64,000 nucleotides of DNA. Source: an uncultured Syntrophomonadaceae bacterium. Lineage in GTDB: Bacteria > Bacillota > Dethiobacteria > DTU022. The translations under genes were made by a program, and so were the position numbers. Numbering within the stretch: the first letter of the stretch is position 1; each line of letters begins with the position of its first letter. Below the pieces are notes generated by a model. The model was not told the origin of the DNA. It searched no databases and saw nothing but the letters and a program-made list of their open reading frames with translations. Below, piece by piece: positions 47,174-56,473 of this stretch. The stretch spans positions 63,527 through 127,526 of the forward strand of contig CAYTXG010000003.1 in the NCBI GenBank assembly GCA_964441025.1. Direction: 5' to 3'.

Positions 47174-47941
47174 ATGGAATTCAAAGGTTGTACTGCCATA
47201 GTTACAGGCGGGGCTTCCGGCCTGGGGGAAGCCGTAGTGCGCAGCGTTCTCGCTGCGGGGGGCTATGCAGCCATTTTTGACCTGGATGCAGTCAAGGGCA
47301 GCGCCCTTGCGGGCGAACTGGGCGATACCGCAATTTTTTGGGAAGCAGATATAACCAGTGAGGAAAGCGTGCAAAGCGGCCTGGATGCTGTTGCCAGCCG
47401 CTTCGGTGAAATCAATGTTGTGGTCAACTGCGCCGGTATCGGTCCGGCCGCCAAGGTTCTGGGCAAAAAAGGGCCGCATGATCTCTCCCTTTTCAACAAG
47501 GTGCTCCAGGTCAACCTGGCGGGCAGCTTCAATGTACTGCGACTGGCAGCTGCAAAAATGGCCCTTAATGAGCCGCTGGCCGATGGAGAACGGGGTGTGA
47601 TCATCAACACCGCCTCCGCAGCTGCTTTCGAGGGACAGATTGGCCAGGCCGCTTACAGCGCCTCCAAAGGCGGGCTCGTTGGCTTCACCCTGCCCATTGC
47701 CCGGGAGCTGGCGGCGCACGGCATCAGGGTGGTGACAATCGCTCCGGGGATCATGGAAACGCCCATGCTCATGGGCATGCCCGATAATGTCAGGGAGGCG
47801 CTGGGCAAAATGGTCCCATTCCCGCAGCGCCTGGGCTACCCCGCGGAATTCGCCCTGTTAGTGCGGCAGATTGTAGAAAATCCCCTGATTAACGGCACCA
47901 CTATCCGTCTGGACGGGGCGATCCGGATGCAACCGAAATAG
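47174..47941 (+). CDS. SDR-family oxidoreductase (3-hydroxyacyl-CoA dehydrogenase type-2-like)
   Basis: TGGASGLG Rossmann motif. NCAGIG. YSASKGG catalytic YxxxK. Confidence 0.85.
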   Translation: MEFKGCTAIVTGGASGLGEAVVRSVLAAGGYAAIFDLDAVKGSALAGELGDTAIFWEADITSEESVQSGLDAVASRFGEINVVVNCAGIGPAAKVLGKKGPHDLSLFNKVLQVNLAGSFNVLRLAAAKMALNEPLADGERGVIINTASAAAFEGQIGQAAYSASKGGLVGFTLPIARELAAHGIRVVTIAPGIMETPMLMGMPDNVREALGKMVPFPQRLGYPAEFALLVRQIVENPLINGTTIRLDGAIRMQPK

Positions 47942-48024
47942 CATACCCGGTTAATCTTGTTTAAGGGCATCTGCTCACCTGGCCCGGCCTCTGTTTACCG
48001 TCGCTTTTTGCATGCCACATATGT

Positions 48025-49014
48025 ATGCTGCTGCAATCGGGCGCGAACTGCACCTCCGGCGGCAACGCCGGAAGAACAATCATGGCACAGCACCTGGAGC
48101 CGCCGCATGGAATGGGGTTTCAATACATGTTTAGAAAAATATTTAAAGCCATCTTCTATATTGTTATCGCAGGAACAGCCCTACTGATTCTTTCCCTGTA
48201 CACCGGCAGCAGCAGAATCAAAATCTCCCGGTTCCAGATCGCCCTTGCCGGGCTGCCCGAAGAGCATGAAGGTTTGAGGATCGTTCATATCAGCGATCTG
48301 CATGGAAAAGAATTTGGTTCGCATAATGAGGAGCTGGCCAGGGCCATAGAAGCACTGGACCCGGACCTGATCTTCACCTCCGGCGATATGATGAATTCTC
48401 AAAATGACGACGGCAGCGCCTTTATCAATCTCCTCTACGAGTTGAAGGGGCTTTACCCGATCTACTGTTCGCTGGGCAACCATGAGCAGATTGTCAGGGG
48501 GATGCAGGGAACGGAAAGGTATTACGACTTCACAAAGCGGCTCCGCGAGGCCGGTGGAATTCTGCTTGACAATGAGCGGGTGGAGATCAAAAAAGGCGGC
48601 GCCACTTTCGGCATCTACGGCTTCACCTCCGCGCTCCATCACTACAGCAGTCACGACATGTTGGGTTCCTGGGATGGAGCAGAGCTCAAGGCGCAGTTTA
48701 TCGTTGAATCTATCGGACGACCCAGGGACGATGAAATAGCGATCCTGCTGGCCCACAACCCAAAATATTTCCAGGAATATGTTACATGGGGCGCCGATCT
48801 GGTCTGTGCCGGACATATTCACGGTGGTGTGGTCCGGCTGCCCCTATTGGGCGGGATCCTCTCGCCTGACCTTACCTTTTTTCCCAAATACTCGGGCGGA
48901 CTCTACCGCTCGGGGAAGACCACTATGCATGTCAGCCGGGGCCTGGGCAATTCAGTAATCCCCCTCCGCATCTTCAACCCTCCTGATCTTTCCTTATTGC
49001 TGCTGCAGCCCTAG
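48025..49014 (+). CDS. Calcineurin-like metallophosphoesterase (YkuE-like), membrane anchored
   Basis: HISDLHG, GDMMN, GNHE, GHIHGG motifs. The start is probably the internal Met near 48127 (MFRKIFKAIFYIVIAG...). Confidence 0.75.
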   Translation: MLLQSGANCTSGGNAGRTIMAQHLEPPHGMGFQYMFRKIFKAIFYIVIAGTALLILSLYTGSSRIKISRFQIALAGLPEEHEGLRIVHISDLHGKEFGSHNEELARAIEALDPDLIFTSGDMMNSQNDDGSAFINLLYELKGLYPIYCSLGNHEQIVRGMQGTERYYDFTKRLREAGGILLDNERVEIKKGGATFGIYGFTSALHHYSSHDMLGSWDGAELKAQFIVESIGRPRDDEIAILLAHNPKYFQEYVTWGADLVCAGHIHGGVVRLPLLGGILSPDLTFFPKYSGGLYRSGKTTMHVSRGLGNSVIPLRIFNPPDLSLLLLQP

Positions 49015-49151
49015 CGCAGTTGCGCAGCTTTTATAACCGGCGGCTGGTGCAGGAATCTTCAGGGAGGAGCCCAACAAACGCAGCATTTCATGATACAATT
49101 ATATAGTTGGAACATTTAAAATACTTTGGGGTAAAGGAGTTGAGTGCGGTT

Positions 49152-49442
49152 ATGCCGGGGGAGGAGAACCGGATTGGATTTAAAGTTATCGGGACGATCA
49201 AGGAAATAAAGGGTTACTGCAGCGCAGGGCATAAAGCAGGGGACAGCATGGAGTTGAGCATGCATAAAACAGGAGGGCTGTGCGGTGCTTTTTATCACGA
49301 CATCTATCCCTACATCCTTATGATGCAGATGGGGGGCAGTTTTCCCGCCCAGTGGGGGGATGCCGATGTCCTGGAATTTGAGTGCATGGACAGGTATAAC
49401 GCAGCAAAGATCGAGCTGAGAAGGGTGCGGGATTCAGGCTAG
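49152..49442 (+). CDS. TIGR04076-family small Cys/His-rich protein
   Basis: GYCSAGHKAGD...GGLCGAFYHDIYPYILMMQMGGSFP fits the TIGR04076 pattern. Confidence 0.5.
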   Translation: MPGEENRIGFKVIGTIKEIKGYCSAGHKAGDSMELSMHKTGGLCGAFYHDIYPYILMMQMGGSFPAQWGDADVLEFECMDRYNAAKIELRRVRDSG

Positions 49443-49559
49443 GGAGAAAACGCCCGGCCCCTACTTTTCCAGGTTTACTGCCTGCTGATCTAACAATTAT
49501 TAAAATAACAGAAATTTGGGGGTTGACAGGCAGACGCCGATATGATAGGTTTTTAAAAA

Positions 49560-49825
49560 CCGATGAAGCGGGAGTAAAACCACTGCCAGCCGCGCAGAGA
49601 GCCGGATCAGGTGAAAACCGGCCGGTAATGGGGTGGATAAATGGGCCGCCGAGGGCGGGGCGAAAGGATGAAAGCCGAGTAGCTTCCGACGCAGCGCCGG
49701 CGTTACATGGCGAAGGGTGTGATGGCACTCTGCAGAGTGGATGCTTCGAGCAATCGTGCATCAACCAAGGTGGTACCGCAGGCAAAGAGCCTGCCCTTGA
49801 TCAAGGGCAGGCTTTATTGGTTTAT
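49560..49825 (+). promoter_or_regulatory. T-box riboswitch leader
   Basis: Stem-I-like elements GAUGA...GGAGUA...AGAGAG. Conserved T-box AAGGUGGUACCGCAG at 49767..49782. Intrinsic terminator GCCUGCCCUUGAUCAAGGGCAGGC + UUUAUUGGUUU at 49789..49823. Confidence 0.7.
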
Positions 49826-49918
49826 GCGGTCCCCGGGACTCTATTTATATCCGCGGATGAATAGAGTACTGCAGGGAAACCCTCAAAAAAATACATTTAT
49901 ATTGAGGAGGAACCCTGG

Positions 49919-50944
49919 ATGAAAAAAGTTATCACGGTGTTCTTGTCGGCTTGTTTGTTGGTTGCGCTGCTTCTCCTGGGCGCCTGCACTCCGGATAAAA
50001 ATGGCGGAGGCAACGGAGAAAATCCGGCAGATGATGAAATCGGGGGGGAATTGAAAAAGGTGGGCATTGTCCAGATCATGGAGCACCCCTCGCTGAACAC
50101 GATCCGCGAATCCATGATCGCCGAACTGGCTTCGCTGGGCTTTGTTGACGGTAAACAGATCATCATCGATTACCAGGATGCACAAAGTGATCCGAGCAAT
50201 CTTAAAACAATCTGCCAAAAATTTGCCAACCATGAATACGACCTGATCGTGGCCATCGCCACTCCCTCGGCACAGGCGGCCGTGGGAGAGACAACGAAGA
50301 TCCCCATTCTCTTTTCCGCCTGCACGGACCCGGTGGGGTCGGAACTTGTCGATAACCTGGAAAAACCGGGCGGAAATGTTAGCGGCACCTCCGATGCCGT
50401 ATCGGCGGAACAGATCATGGAGCTGGCAGTGCGAATCACCCCGAATATCAAGAGGATCGGAGCGCTTTACAACTCCAGCGAGACCAACTCTGTTTCTGTG
50501 ATCAATGACCTGAAGGCCTATGCCGCCCGCAACGGGATGACGGTGGTAGAGGCGACAGCGACCAACACCTCGGAGGTGCAGCAAGCGGTGCAGTCCCTTG
50601 TGGGCAAAGTTGACGCCATCTTCTCACCCATCGACAACACGGTGGCCTCGGCCATGCCCCTCGTGGCCCAGGTGACCAGGAATGCGAAGATTCCCATGTA
50701 TGTGGGCGCAGACTCCATGGTTAATGACGGAGGCCTGGCCACATACGGGGTCAACTATGTGACCCTGGGCCGGGAGACGGCCAGAATGGCGGCGGAAATC
50801 CTGAATGGTAAAAGGGCGGGCGATCTGCCGGTCAGGATGATCACCGATTTTGAAATCTACCTCAACCTGGAAACAGCCGAAATGATCGGGGTAACCATCC
50901 CCGATGATATAATTGATGCGGCGGTCGAAGTATTTGGCAAATAA
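49919..50944 (+). CDS. ABC transporter substrate-binding lipoprotein (COG2984 / PF04392 type, substrate unknown)
   Basis: Lipobox LLGAC. VGIVQIMEHPSLN... GAGGAGGAA RBS. Confidence 0.8.
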   Translation: MKKVITVFLSACLLVALLLLGACTPDKNGGGNGENPADDEIGGELKKVGIVQIMEHPSLNTIRESMIAELASLGFVDGKQIIIDYQDAQSDPSNLKTICQKFANHEYDLIVAIATPSAQAAVGETTKIPILFSACTDPVGSELVDNLEKPGGNVSGTSDAVSAEQIMELAVRITPNIKRIGALYNSSETNSVSVINDLKAYAARNGMTVVEATATNTSEVQQAVQSLVGKVDAIFSPIDNTVASAMPLVAQVTRNAKIPMYVGADSMVNDGGLATYGVNYVTLGRETARMAAEILNGKRAGDLPVRMITDFEIYLNLETAEMIGVTIPDDIIDAAVEVFGK

Positions 50945-50968
50945 ACTTAAGGAGCCATATAAACAGCA

Positions 50969-51886
50969 TTGATTAATTTAGCCACCTTTCTTAGTTCAGT
51001 GGAACTGGGTGTAATCTACGCCATCATGGCCCTGGGCGTGTTCCTCTCCTTTCGCACGCTGAACATGCCCGACCTGACCGTTGACGGCAGCTTTGTTCTC
51101 GGCGCGGCGGTCTCGGCGGTGCTCTGCACCGCCAGCCGCCCTCTGGCGGGCATCGCCCTGGCCCTGGCTGCGGGAGCACTGGCCGGCATCGTGACAGCAC
51201 TGCTGCATACAAAACTGAAGATCCAACCCATTCTTTCAGGGATCCTGTCCATGCTGGCGCTGTACTCCGTCAACCTGAAGGTGATGGGCGGCCGGGCCAA
51301 TATACCCCTGCTTAACCGGAAGACTGTCTTCAGCCTTCCGGAATGGATGCCGGCCTTTGATCGTACTGCACTGATCATCTCCCTCGTGTTGCTGGCAGCG
51401 GTGATACTGCTGCTGTACTTCTTTTTGAAGACCAGGATCGGCCTGGTTTTAAGGGCCACAGGCGACAACGAGCAGATGGTGCGGGCGCTGGGCGTGGACA
51501 CCGACCTGACCAAGATCATCGGGCTGGCTCTGGCCAACGCTCTGGTGGGGTTGTCGGGAGCACTTATCGCCCAGTACCAGTCTTTTACCGATGTGGGCAT
51601 GGGCATCGGTATGGTCATCATCGGGCTGGCCTCGGTGATTATCGGCGAGGCTGTCTTCGGCACTGCCGGCCTGATGCGCAGGCTCTTCGCCGTAATCCTG
51701 GGGGCAATCCTCTACCGGCTGGTAATCGCTTTCGCTCTCGAACTGGGTATGCCGCCGACAGATCTTAAACTCATCTCAGCGGTTATTGTCTGCGCCGCCC
51801 TGTCTATGCCTGCGATCAAGGGGCAGTACTCTTCACTGAAAAAAAGGCTGTTCACCCCGGCCGGCAATAAGGAGGCGCCGCTGTAA
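50969..51886 (+). CDS. ABC transporter permease (COG4120 type)
   Basis: 305 aa, about 8-9 TM. TTG start. Confidence 0.75.
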   Translation: MINLATFLSSVELGVIYAIMALGVFLSFRTLNMPDLTVDGSFVLGAAVSAVLCTASRPLAGIALALAAGALAGIVTALLHTKLKIQPILSGILSMLALYSVNLKVMGGRANIPLLNRKTVFSLPEWMPAFDRTALIISLVLLAAVILLLYFFLKTRIGLVLRATGDNEQMVRALGVDTDLTKIIGLALANALVGLSGALIAQYQSFTDVGMGIGMVIIGLASVIIGEAVFGTAGLMRRLFAVILGAILYRLVIAFALELGMPPTDLKLISAVIVCAALSMPAIKGQYSSLKKRLFTPAGNKEAPL

Positions 51887-52681
51887 ATGCTCACAGTCAA
51901 CTCCATCAGCAAAACATTTGACCGGGGCAGTGTCAATGAAAAAAGGGCGCTGCACCGGTTGAGCCTCTCTCTCGAAAAGGGCGAATTTGTTACTGTCATC
52001 GGCGGCAACGGCGCAGGCAAGTCCACCCTGACAAACTGTATCTCAGGTGTTTATGAGGTTGACTCGGGGAGCATTATTCTTGACGGCGGCAATATCACCT
52101 TCAGCCCCGAGTACAGACGCTCCCGCCTCATCGGCCGGGTTTTCCAGAATCCGCTTCTTGGTACCGCTTTCGACATGACCATCGCCGAGAACCTGGCCAT
52201 CGCCTGGGCCAAGGGAAAACGGCACGGTCTCACCGCCGGCATTACCGGATCCGACCTGGCCTTTTTCCGGGAACGCCTGGCCCTGCTGGAGCTGGGACTT
52301 GAAGATCGGATTAACCAGAAAGTTAAGCTGCTCTCGGGCGGTCAGCGCCAGGCGCTCACTCTGCTCATGGCCACCCTGACCCGGCCCAGGCTTCTGCTGC
52401 TTGACGAACATACCGCCTCACTCGACCCGGCCATTGCCAAAAAGGTGCTTGCCCTGACCAGTAAGTTTGTCTCCGAAGGCAAGCTGACTACGATCATGAT
52501 CACGCACAACATGAAAGCCGCACTTGAATACGGCAGCCGGACGATCATGATGCACGAGGGTGAGATTATCCTCGATCTCGCAGGAAAAGTAAGGGCCGAG
52601 ATGACGGTGGAACGGCTGATCAAATACTTTGAAGGCCGCAGCGGCACCCGCCTGGAAAACGACTGTCTCCTTTTAGCCTGA
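51887..52681 (+). CDS. ABC transporter ATP-binding protein (COG1101 type)
   Basis: GGNGAGKST, LSGGQRQ, LLLDEHTASLD. The ATG abuts the permease stop. Confidence 0.85.
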   Translation: MLTVNSISKTFDRGSVNEKRALHRLSLSLEKGEFVTVIGGNGAGKSTLTNCISGVYEVDSGSIILDGGNITFSPEYRRSRLIGRVFQNPLLGTAFDMTIAENLAIAWAKGKRHGLTAGITGSDLAFFRERLALLELGLEDRINQKVKLLSGGQRQALTLLMATLTRPRLLLLDEHTASLDPAIAKKVLALTSKFVSEGKLTTIMITHNMKAALEYGSRTIMMHEGEIILDLAGKVRAEMTVERLIKYFEGRSGTRLENDCLLLA

Positions 52682-52888
52682 GTGGAAACCAGCAGAGGCT
52701 TCATATATCAAGGGAACGGTTCCGACGGTATATCCATATATCACGGGGCAGTTCCACAGAGTAATGTTCGGGACAGGCAATAATGCATGGTCCTACCGCC
52801 AGGTAAACTACACCTGGTGGAGAAGGCGCCGCCGGGCTTGTTCCAAATAATGATTGATGTCCTGTCCTGAAATATATGACCGGGATGG

Positions 52889-53293
52889 TTAAAAGCCGTA
52901 GATTTTCTGAAGTATCCTTTTTTCCAGTTCAATAGCGCTCCTGCCCGGGCTTTTACTTCTCTTCAAATCAGGAATCTTTTCAAATATCCGCCCTTCAGTC
53001 ACTTTTGCGTCTCTTGTTGCGGTGGACAGGGATATCTGCCCCACACATTTTTTACAGAGGCAGTAAGCAATCCCTTTTTGCTGCTCCATATTCAAAAAAG
53101 CAGATACGGTGGCAGCATCCTTGACTTCATTCCGGTAGACTTTAAAAGCACCGCCGCAGCGCGGGCACTCCCGGCCAAAATAGTCGATGTAGCGGGTGTC
53201 AAGCTCCAAACCGGCCTTTTCAAATTTGCCCTTTATTATTCTCAATGCGGTATATATTTCGAAACTATAGGTTAGTTTTTCTTTTCCATCCAT
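52889..53293 (-). CDS. Hypothetical protein with a CPRCGG...CLCKKC zinc-ribbon-like motif
   Basis: 134 aa. No recognisable family. Confidence 0.4.
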   Translation of the reverse strand: MDGKEKLTYSFEIYTALRIIKGKFEKAGLELDTRYIDYFGRECPRCGGAFKVYRNEVKDAATVSAFLNMEQQKGIAYCLCKKCVGQISLSTATRDAKVTEGRIFEKIPDLKRSKSPGRSAIELEKRILQKIYGF

Positions 53294-53539
53294 CAGCCTT
53301 CCCCCCTTCGCTCTCTAAATATTGTATTTATTACTTCTTCTTACGGGGGACAACTCCTCTTCAATCAGCATGTACCTTCCCCGCGCCTGCTGAAAAAACG
53401 CTTATGAAACAGGGGCGGTTATTGGCAGGATATTTGGCCCGGGTATCCAATTAAATGGTGGGGTGAGGAGACAACATCCAGAAAGACATGCTTTTAAAGC
53501 CCGTACCCCGAATTCCAAGACCGGCAGGGGTGATTTTTG

Positions 53540-54556
53540 ATGAAACTTGAGGGCAACTGTTTGACTACCGCCATGGGAATCATGCCGCACCTGGAGGTGG
53601 AAAGAGCGCTCCAGCTATCACTTTCTCTTGATATTCCCTTCTGGCCCCAGCTTCCAGGCGTCAGTTTTTTTGAGGATATGTATGCGCAGGCATCAGAGCA
53701 TTTTCCGGGGATATCGCTTGATCTGGAGCGGCGGGAGATTCGTTTCGCCCTTGAACTGTTTCACAGGGAGCTGGAGGAGTACCTGCTTCACTGGGAAGAT
53801 GAGGCCTATTTTCGGCTTTCCCCCGGCTACAGCGCCGTGTACCATAGCTTCTTGAAAAAAGATCTGGCTGCCTATCCTTACATCCGCGGCCAGAGCATCG
53901 GCCCGGTCAGTTTCGGCATGAAGATCCAGGACAGTGAAAGGCGCCCCATGATCTATTTCGATGAGGTTCGCGAGATCATTTTCGATTTTTTTGCCCGGAA
54001 ACTGCAAGCCCAGTACCATGAACTGCAGCAGGTACATCCCCGGGCCTTTGTCTGGGTCGATGAGCCGGGGCTGGAGATGCTGTTTATGTCCTATACCGGC
54101 TATACCAGCGAGAAGGCTTTGGCCGACTACCGCCTTTTTTTGGACAACTTTCCCGGCCCAAGGGGGGTTCACCTCTGCGGAAACCCCGACTGGTCCTTCC
54201 TACTAAACCTGGATCTCGATATTCTTTCCCTGGATGTACTCTCCCACGGCTACATCTTTTCACGCTACCGTGAGGAAATCAGATCTTTTCTGGACAGGGG
54301 GGCCATTATCTCCTGGGGGATCACCCCTACCCTGACGGAAGAATACCTTCAGGAAGATCTGCAGTCGATGATCAAAAGAATAGAAGAGCTCTGGCAGCAC
54401 CTGGAGAAGGACGGAATACCCCGGGAGCAGATACTCAGGCAGGCCTGGTTCGCCCCGTCCCGCTGCTGCCTGATCAACCCGGACCGGGAGGTCACTGTGG
54501 AGCGCTCTTTCAGAATGTTGAAAAAGGTGGCCTCGCACTTTAAAGAAAAACTTTGA
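53540..54556 (+). CDS. MetE C-terminal-domain-like / URO-D-like TIM-barrel protein (cobalamin-independent methionine-synthase-II-like family)
   Basis: VWVDEPGLEML (compare MetE IQIDEPAL). VHLCGN (His-x-Cys zinc ligands). C-terminal CCLINPD. Confidence 0.5.
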   Translation: MKLEGNCLTTAMGIMPHLEVERALQLSLSLDIPFWPQLPGVSFFEDMYAQASEHFPGISLDLERREIRFALELFHRELEEYLLHWEDEAYFRLSPGYSAVYHSFLKKDLAAYPYIRGQSIGPVSFGMKIQDSERRPMIYFDEVREIIFDFFARKLQAQYHELQQVHPRAFVWVDEPGLEMLFMSYTGYTSEKALADYRLFLDNFPGPRGVHLCGNPDWSFLLNLDLDILSLDVLSHGYIFSRYREEIRSFLDRGAIISWGITPTLTEEYLQEDLQSMIKRIEELWQHLEKDGIPREQILRQAWFAPSRCCLINPDREVTVERSFRMLKKVASHFKEKL

Positions 54557-54588
54557 GGTAATAGTAATAACCCGCCGGGCGAACCTTC

Positions 54589-55437
54589 TTACCAGAGGGG
54601 GGGCAGCAGCCTGTATTTGACTTTTCGGGTGTATTCGCGGTAACCGGGCAGCCGGTCAATAAGCATTTTGTCCTCAAGAGCGGTGCGAATTACGATGAAG
54701 ATCACGGCCAAAAGGGCGGGGATCAGCGCCGCCCCCGAACCTGAGATTAAAGGCAACGGCAGCGTGTTCAGGGCCATGCCCAGGTAACCGGGATGGCGGA
54801 CAAACCTGTACGGACCCCTGGTTACAGCATACTGTCCGCGCTCCTTCTGCAGGCGCATGGTCCCTTCGAAAAAAGGGTTTTCCAGCATAGCCCAGAGAAC
54901 CAGGGCTGCGCAGATGAGCTGGATAAAAACCCCGGCGTATATCCAAATTGTGGGCAGCGGTGCCCGGTCAAAACGTCCAATATCAAGACCGGCAACTGCA
55001 GGCAGGATCACCAGGTTGGCAGCAAAAATAAGGAGCAGCAGGATCTTGTCGCTGCCCTCTGTTTCCTCCCCCATACGCCCCCTTTCATTCAACAGTTCCG
55101 GAGAGCGCCAGTAAAGAAACAGGTTGCCGCATAGCGACAGGGCCAGCGCGGCTAAGTAGTAAAGCCATCCCCGACATATGTTCAGCCGCCCCACCGCGAT
55201 AAAAAAGCAAAAGCCGGAGATTGCGAGCATTCGCAAGGGTTGGAACAGGGCGCTCCTTCCTGTTCCTGTCAATCGCCTGCCGGATCCGGCCCCGGCAGCT
55301 CCCGGTTCATTTTTATGCTCCATCGATATGAACCCACCTTTATTAGCGTTATAGACCTGACATGGTTGTGGTTCAACAGCAGTGCTTTCTTTTCCTTCAT
55401 CCTGCTTCCACCGGTCCCTGTATAATTTTCGCAGCAT
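54589..55437 (-). CDS. Isoprenylcysteine carboxyl methyltransferase-family membrane protein
   Basis: C-terminal VTRGPYRFVRHPGYLG...E motif. About 6 TM. Confidence 0.7.
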   Translation of the reverse strand: MLRKLYRDRWKQDEGKESTAVEPQPCQVYNANKGGFISMEHKNEPGAAGAGSGRRLTGTGRSALFQPLRMLAISGFCFFIAVGRLNICRGWLYYLAALALSLCGNLFLYWRSPELLNERGRMGEETEGSDKILLLLIFAANLVILPAVAGLDIGRFDRAPLPTIWIYAGVFIQLICAALVLWAMLENPFFEGTMRLQKERGQYAVTRGPYRFVRHPGYLGMALNTLPLPLISGSGAALIPALLAVIFIVIRTALEDKMLIDRLPGYREYTRKVKYRLLPPLW

Positions 55438-55548
55438 TTACCTGCGATGCCGCCGGCTTTATTCATTCCCGCACCATGAGGCTCATATCATTAAATCGAG
55501 AGCAGTTTAAGATCTGTACCGGGGTGGTCGGCTATAAAAAAGATCAGG

Positions 55549-56424
55549 GTGTGCGTGGTGGGATATGGCAATGTGGGTCGGGAGGCGGTTGAGTGCATCC
55601 GGCAGATTCCGGACATGGAATTGGCCGGAGTGGTCAGGCGGATCATTAACGGAAGCCCGCCGGATTTGACGGCAGTAACCCGGGTGGAAGATCTGGGCCG
55701 GGTGGATACCGCCATCCTGGCCCTCCCCTCGCGGCTGATCCCCGGGGCAGCGCCGCTTTACCTGCAAAAAGGGATCCACACGGTGGACGGATACGACATC
55801 CACGGCGAGGCAATGTTGGCTCTGAAAAGAGAACTGGCCGTCCACGCCCGGGAAAATGGGCGAGTAGCGATAACTGGCGCCGGGTGGGACCCGGGCACCG
55901 ACTCAATCATGCGCATGCTCTTCACCGCCATCGCGCCGGTGGGGATTACCTACACGGATTTCGGCCCGGGCATGAGCATGGGCCACAGCGCAGCGGCCAG
56001 GGCGATACCAGGGGTCAAAGATGCCGCCTCAATAACGCTTCCGCTGGGCTTTGGGCGGCACCGGCGGGATGTGTATGTGGAGCCTGGAGAAGGCGCCGAT
56101 TTTGCGGAGATCGCCACCCGGGTCAAGGATGATCCCTATTTCAGGGGCGATCAGACGCAGGTGTTCAGGGTCGATGATGCGCTGCAATTCAAAGTAATGG
56201 GTCACAGCGTACGGATGTGGCGGAGCGGCAGCTCGGGCACCTCCCACAACCAGCTGCTGGAACTGAAAATGAAGCTGAGCAACCCTGCGGCAACAGCTCA
56301 GATCATGGCGGCTGCCGTCCGCGCCACGGGGCGGTTGAAACCCGGCTGCTACGTACTGGGGGAGATCCCCCCCATAGATCTGCTGCCCGGCAGCCGCAGT
56401 GAAAATATAAAAAGACTGGTTTAG
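55549..56424 (+). CDS. ddh: meso-Diaminopimelate D-dehydrogenase (Ddh)
   Basis: VVGYGNVGR, GWDPGTDSIMR, FGPGMSMGHS, RIPGVK match Corynebacterium Ddh motifs. GTG start, N-terminus uncertain. Confidence 0.75.
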   Translation: MCVVGYGNVGREAVECIRQIPDMELAGVVRRIINGSPPDLTAVTRVEDLGRVDTAILALPSRLIPGAAPLYLQKGIHTVDGYDIHGEAMLALKRELAVHARENGRVAITGAGWDPGTDSIMRMLFTAIAPVGITYTDFGPGMSMGHSAAARAIPGVKDAASITLPLGFGRHRRDVYVEPGEGADFAEIATRVKDDPYFRGDQTQVFRVDDALQFKVMGHSVRMWRSGSSGTSHNQLLELKMKLSNPAATAQIMAAAVRATGRLKPGCYVLGEIPPIDLLPGSRSENIKRLV

Positions 56425-56473
56425 GGCTGCAGCGGGGCAGTGCGGGCAGCTCTACACCGGAAACGAATTGCGG

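Noticed and set aside
49560-49700. Possible cobalamin riboswitch (a CCACUG 'B12-box'-like sequence) upstream of the ABC transporter
   Set aside because: The B12-box-like hexamer is at the wrong end relative to GGUGAAAACC-like elements. The T-box sequence plus terminator explains the leader much better.
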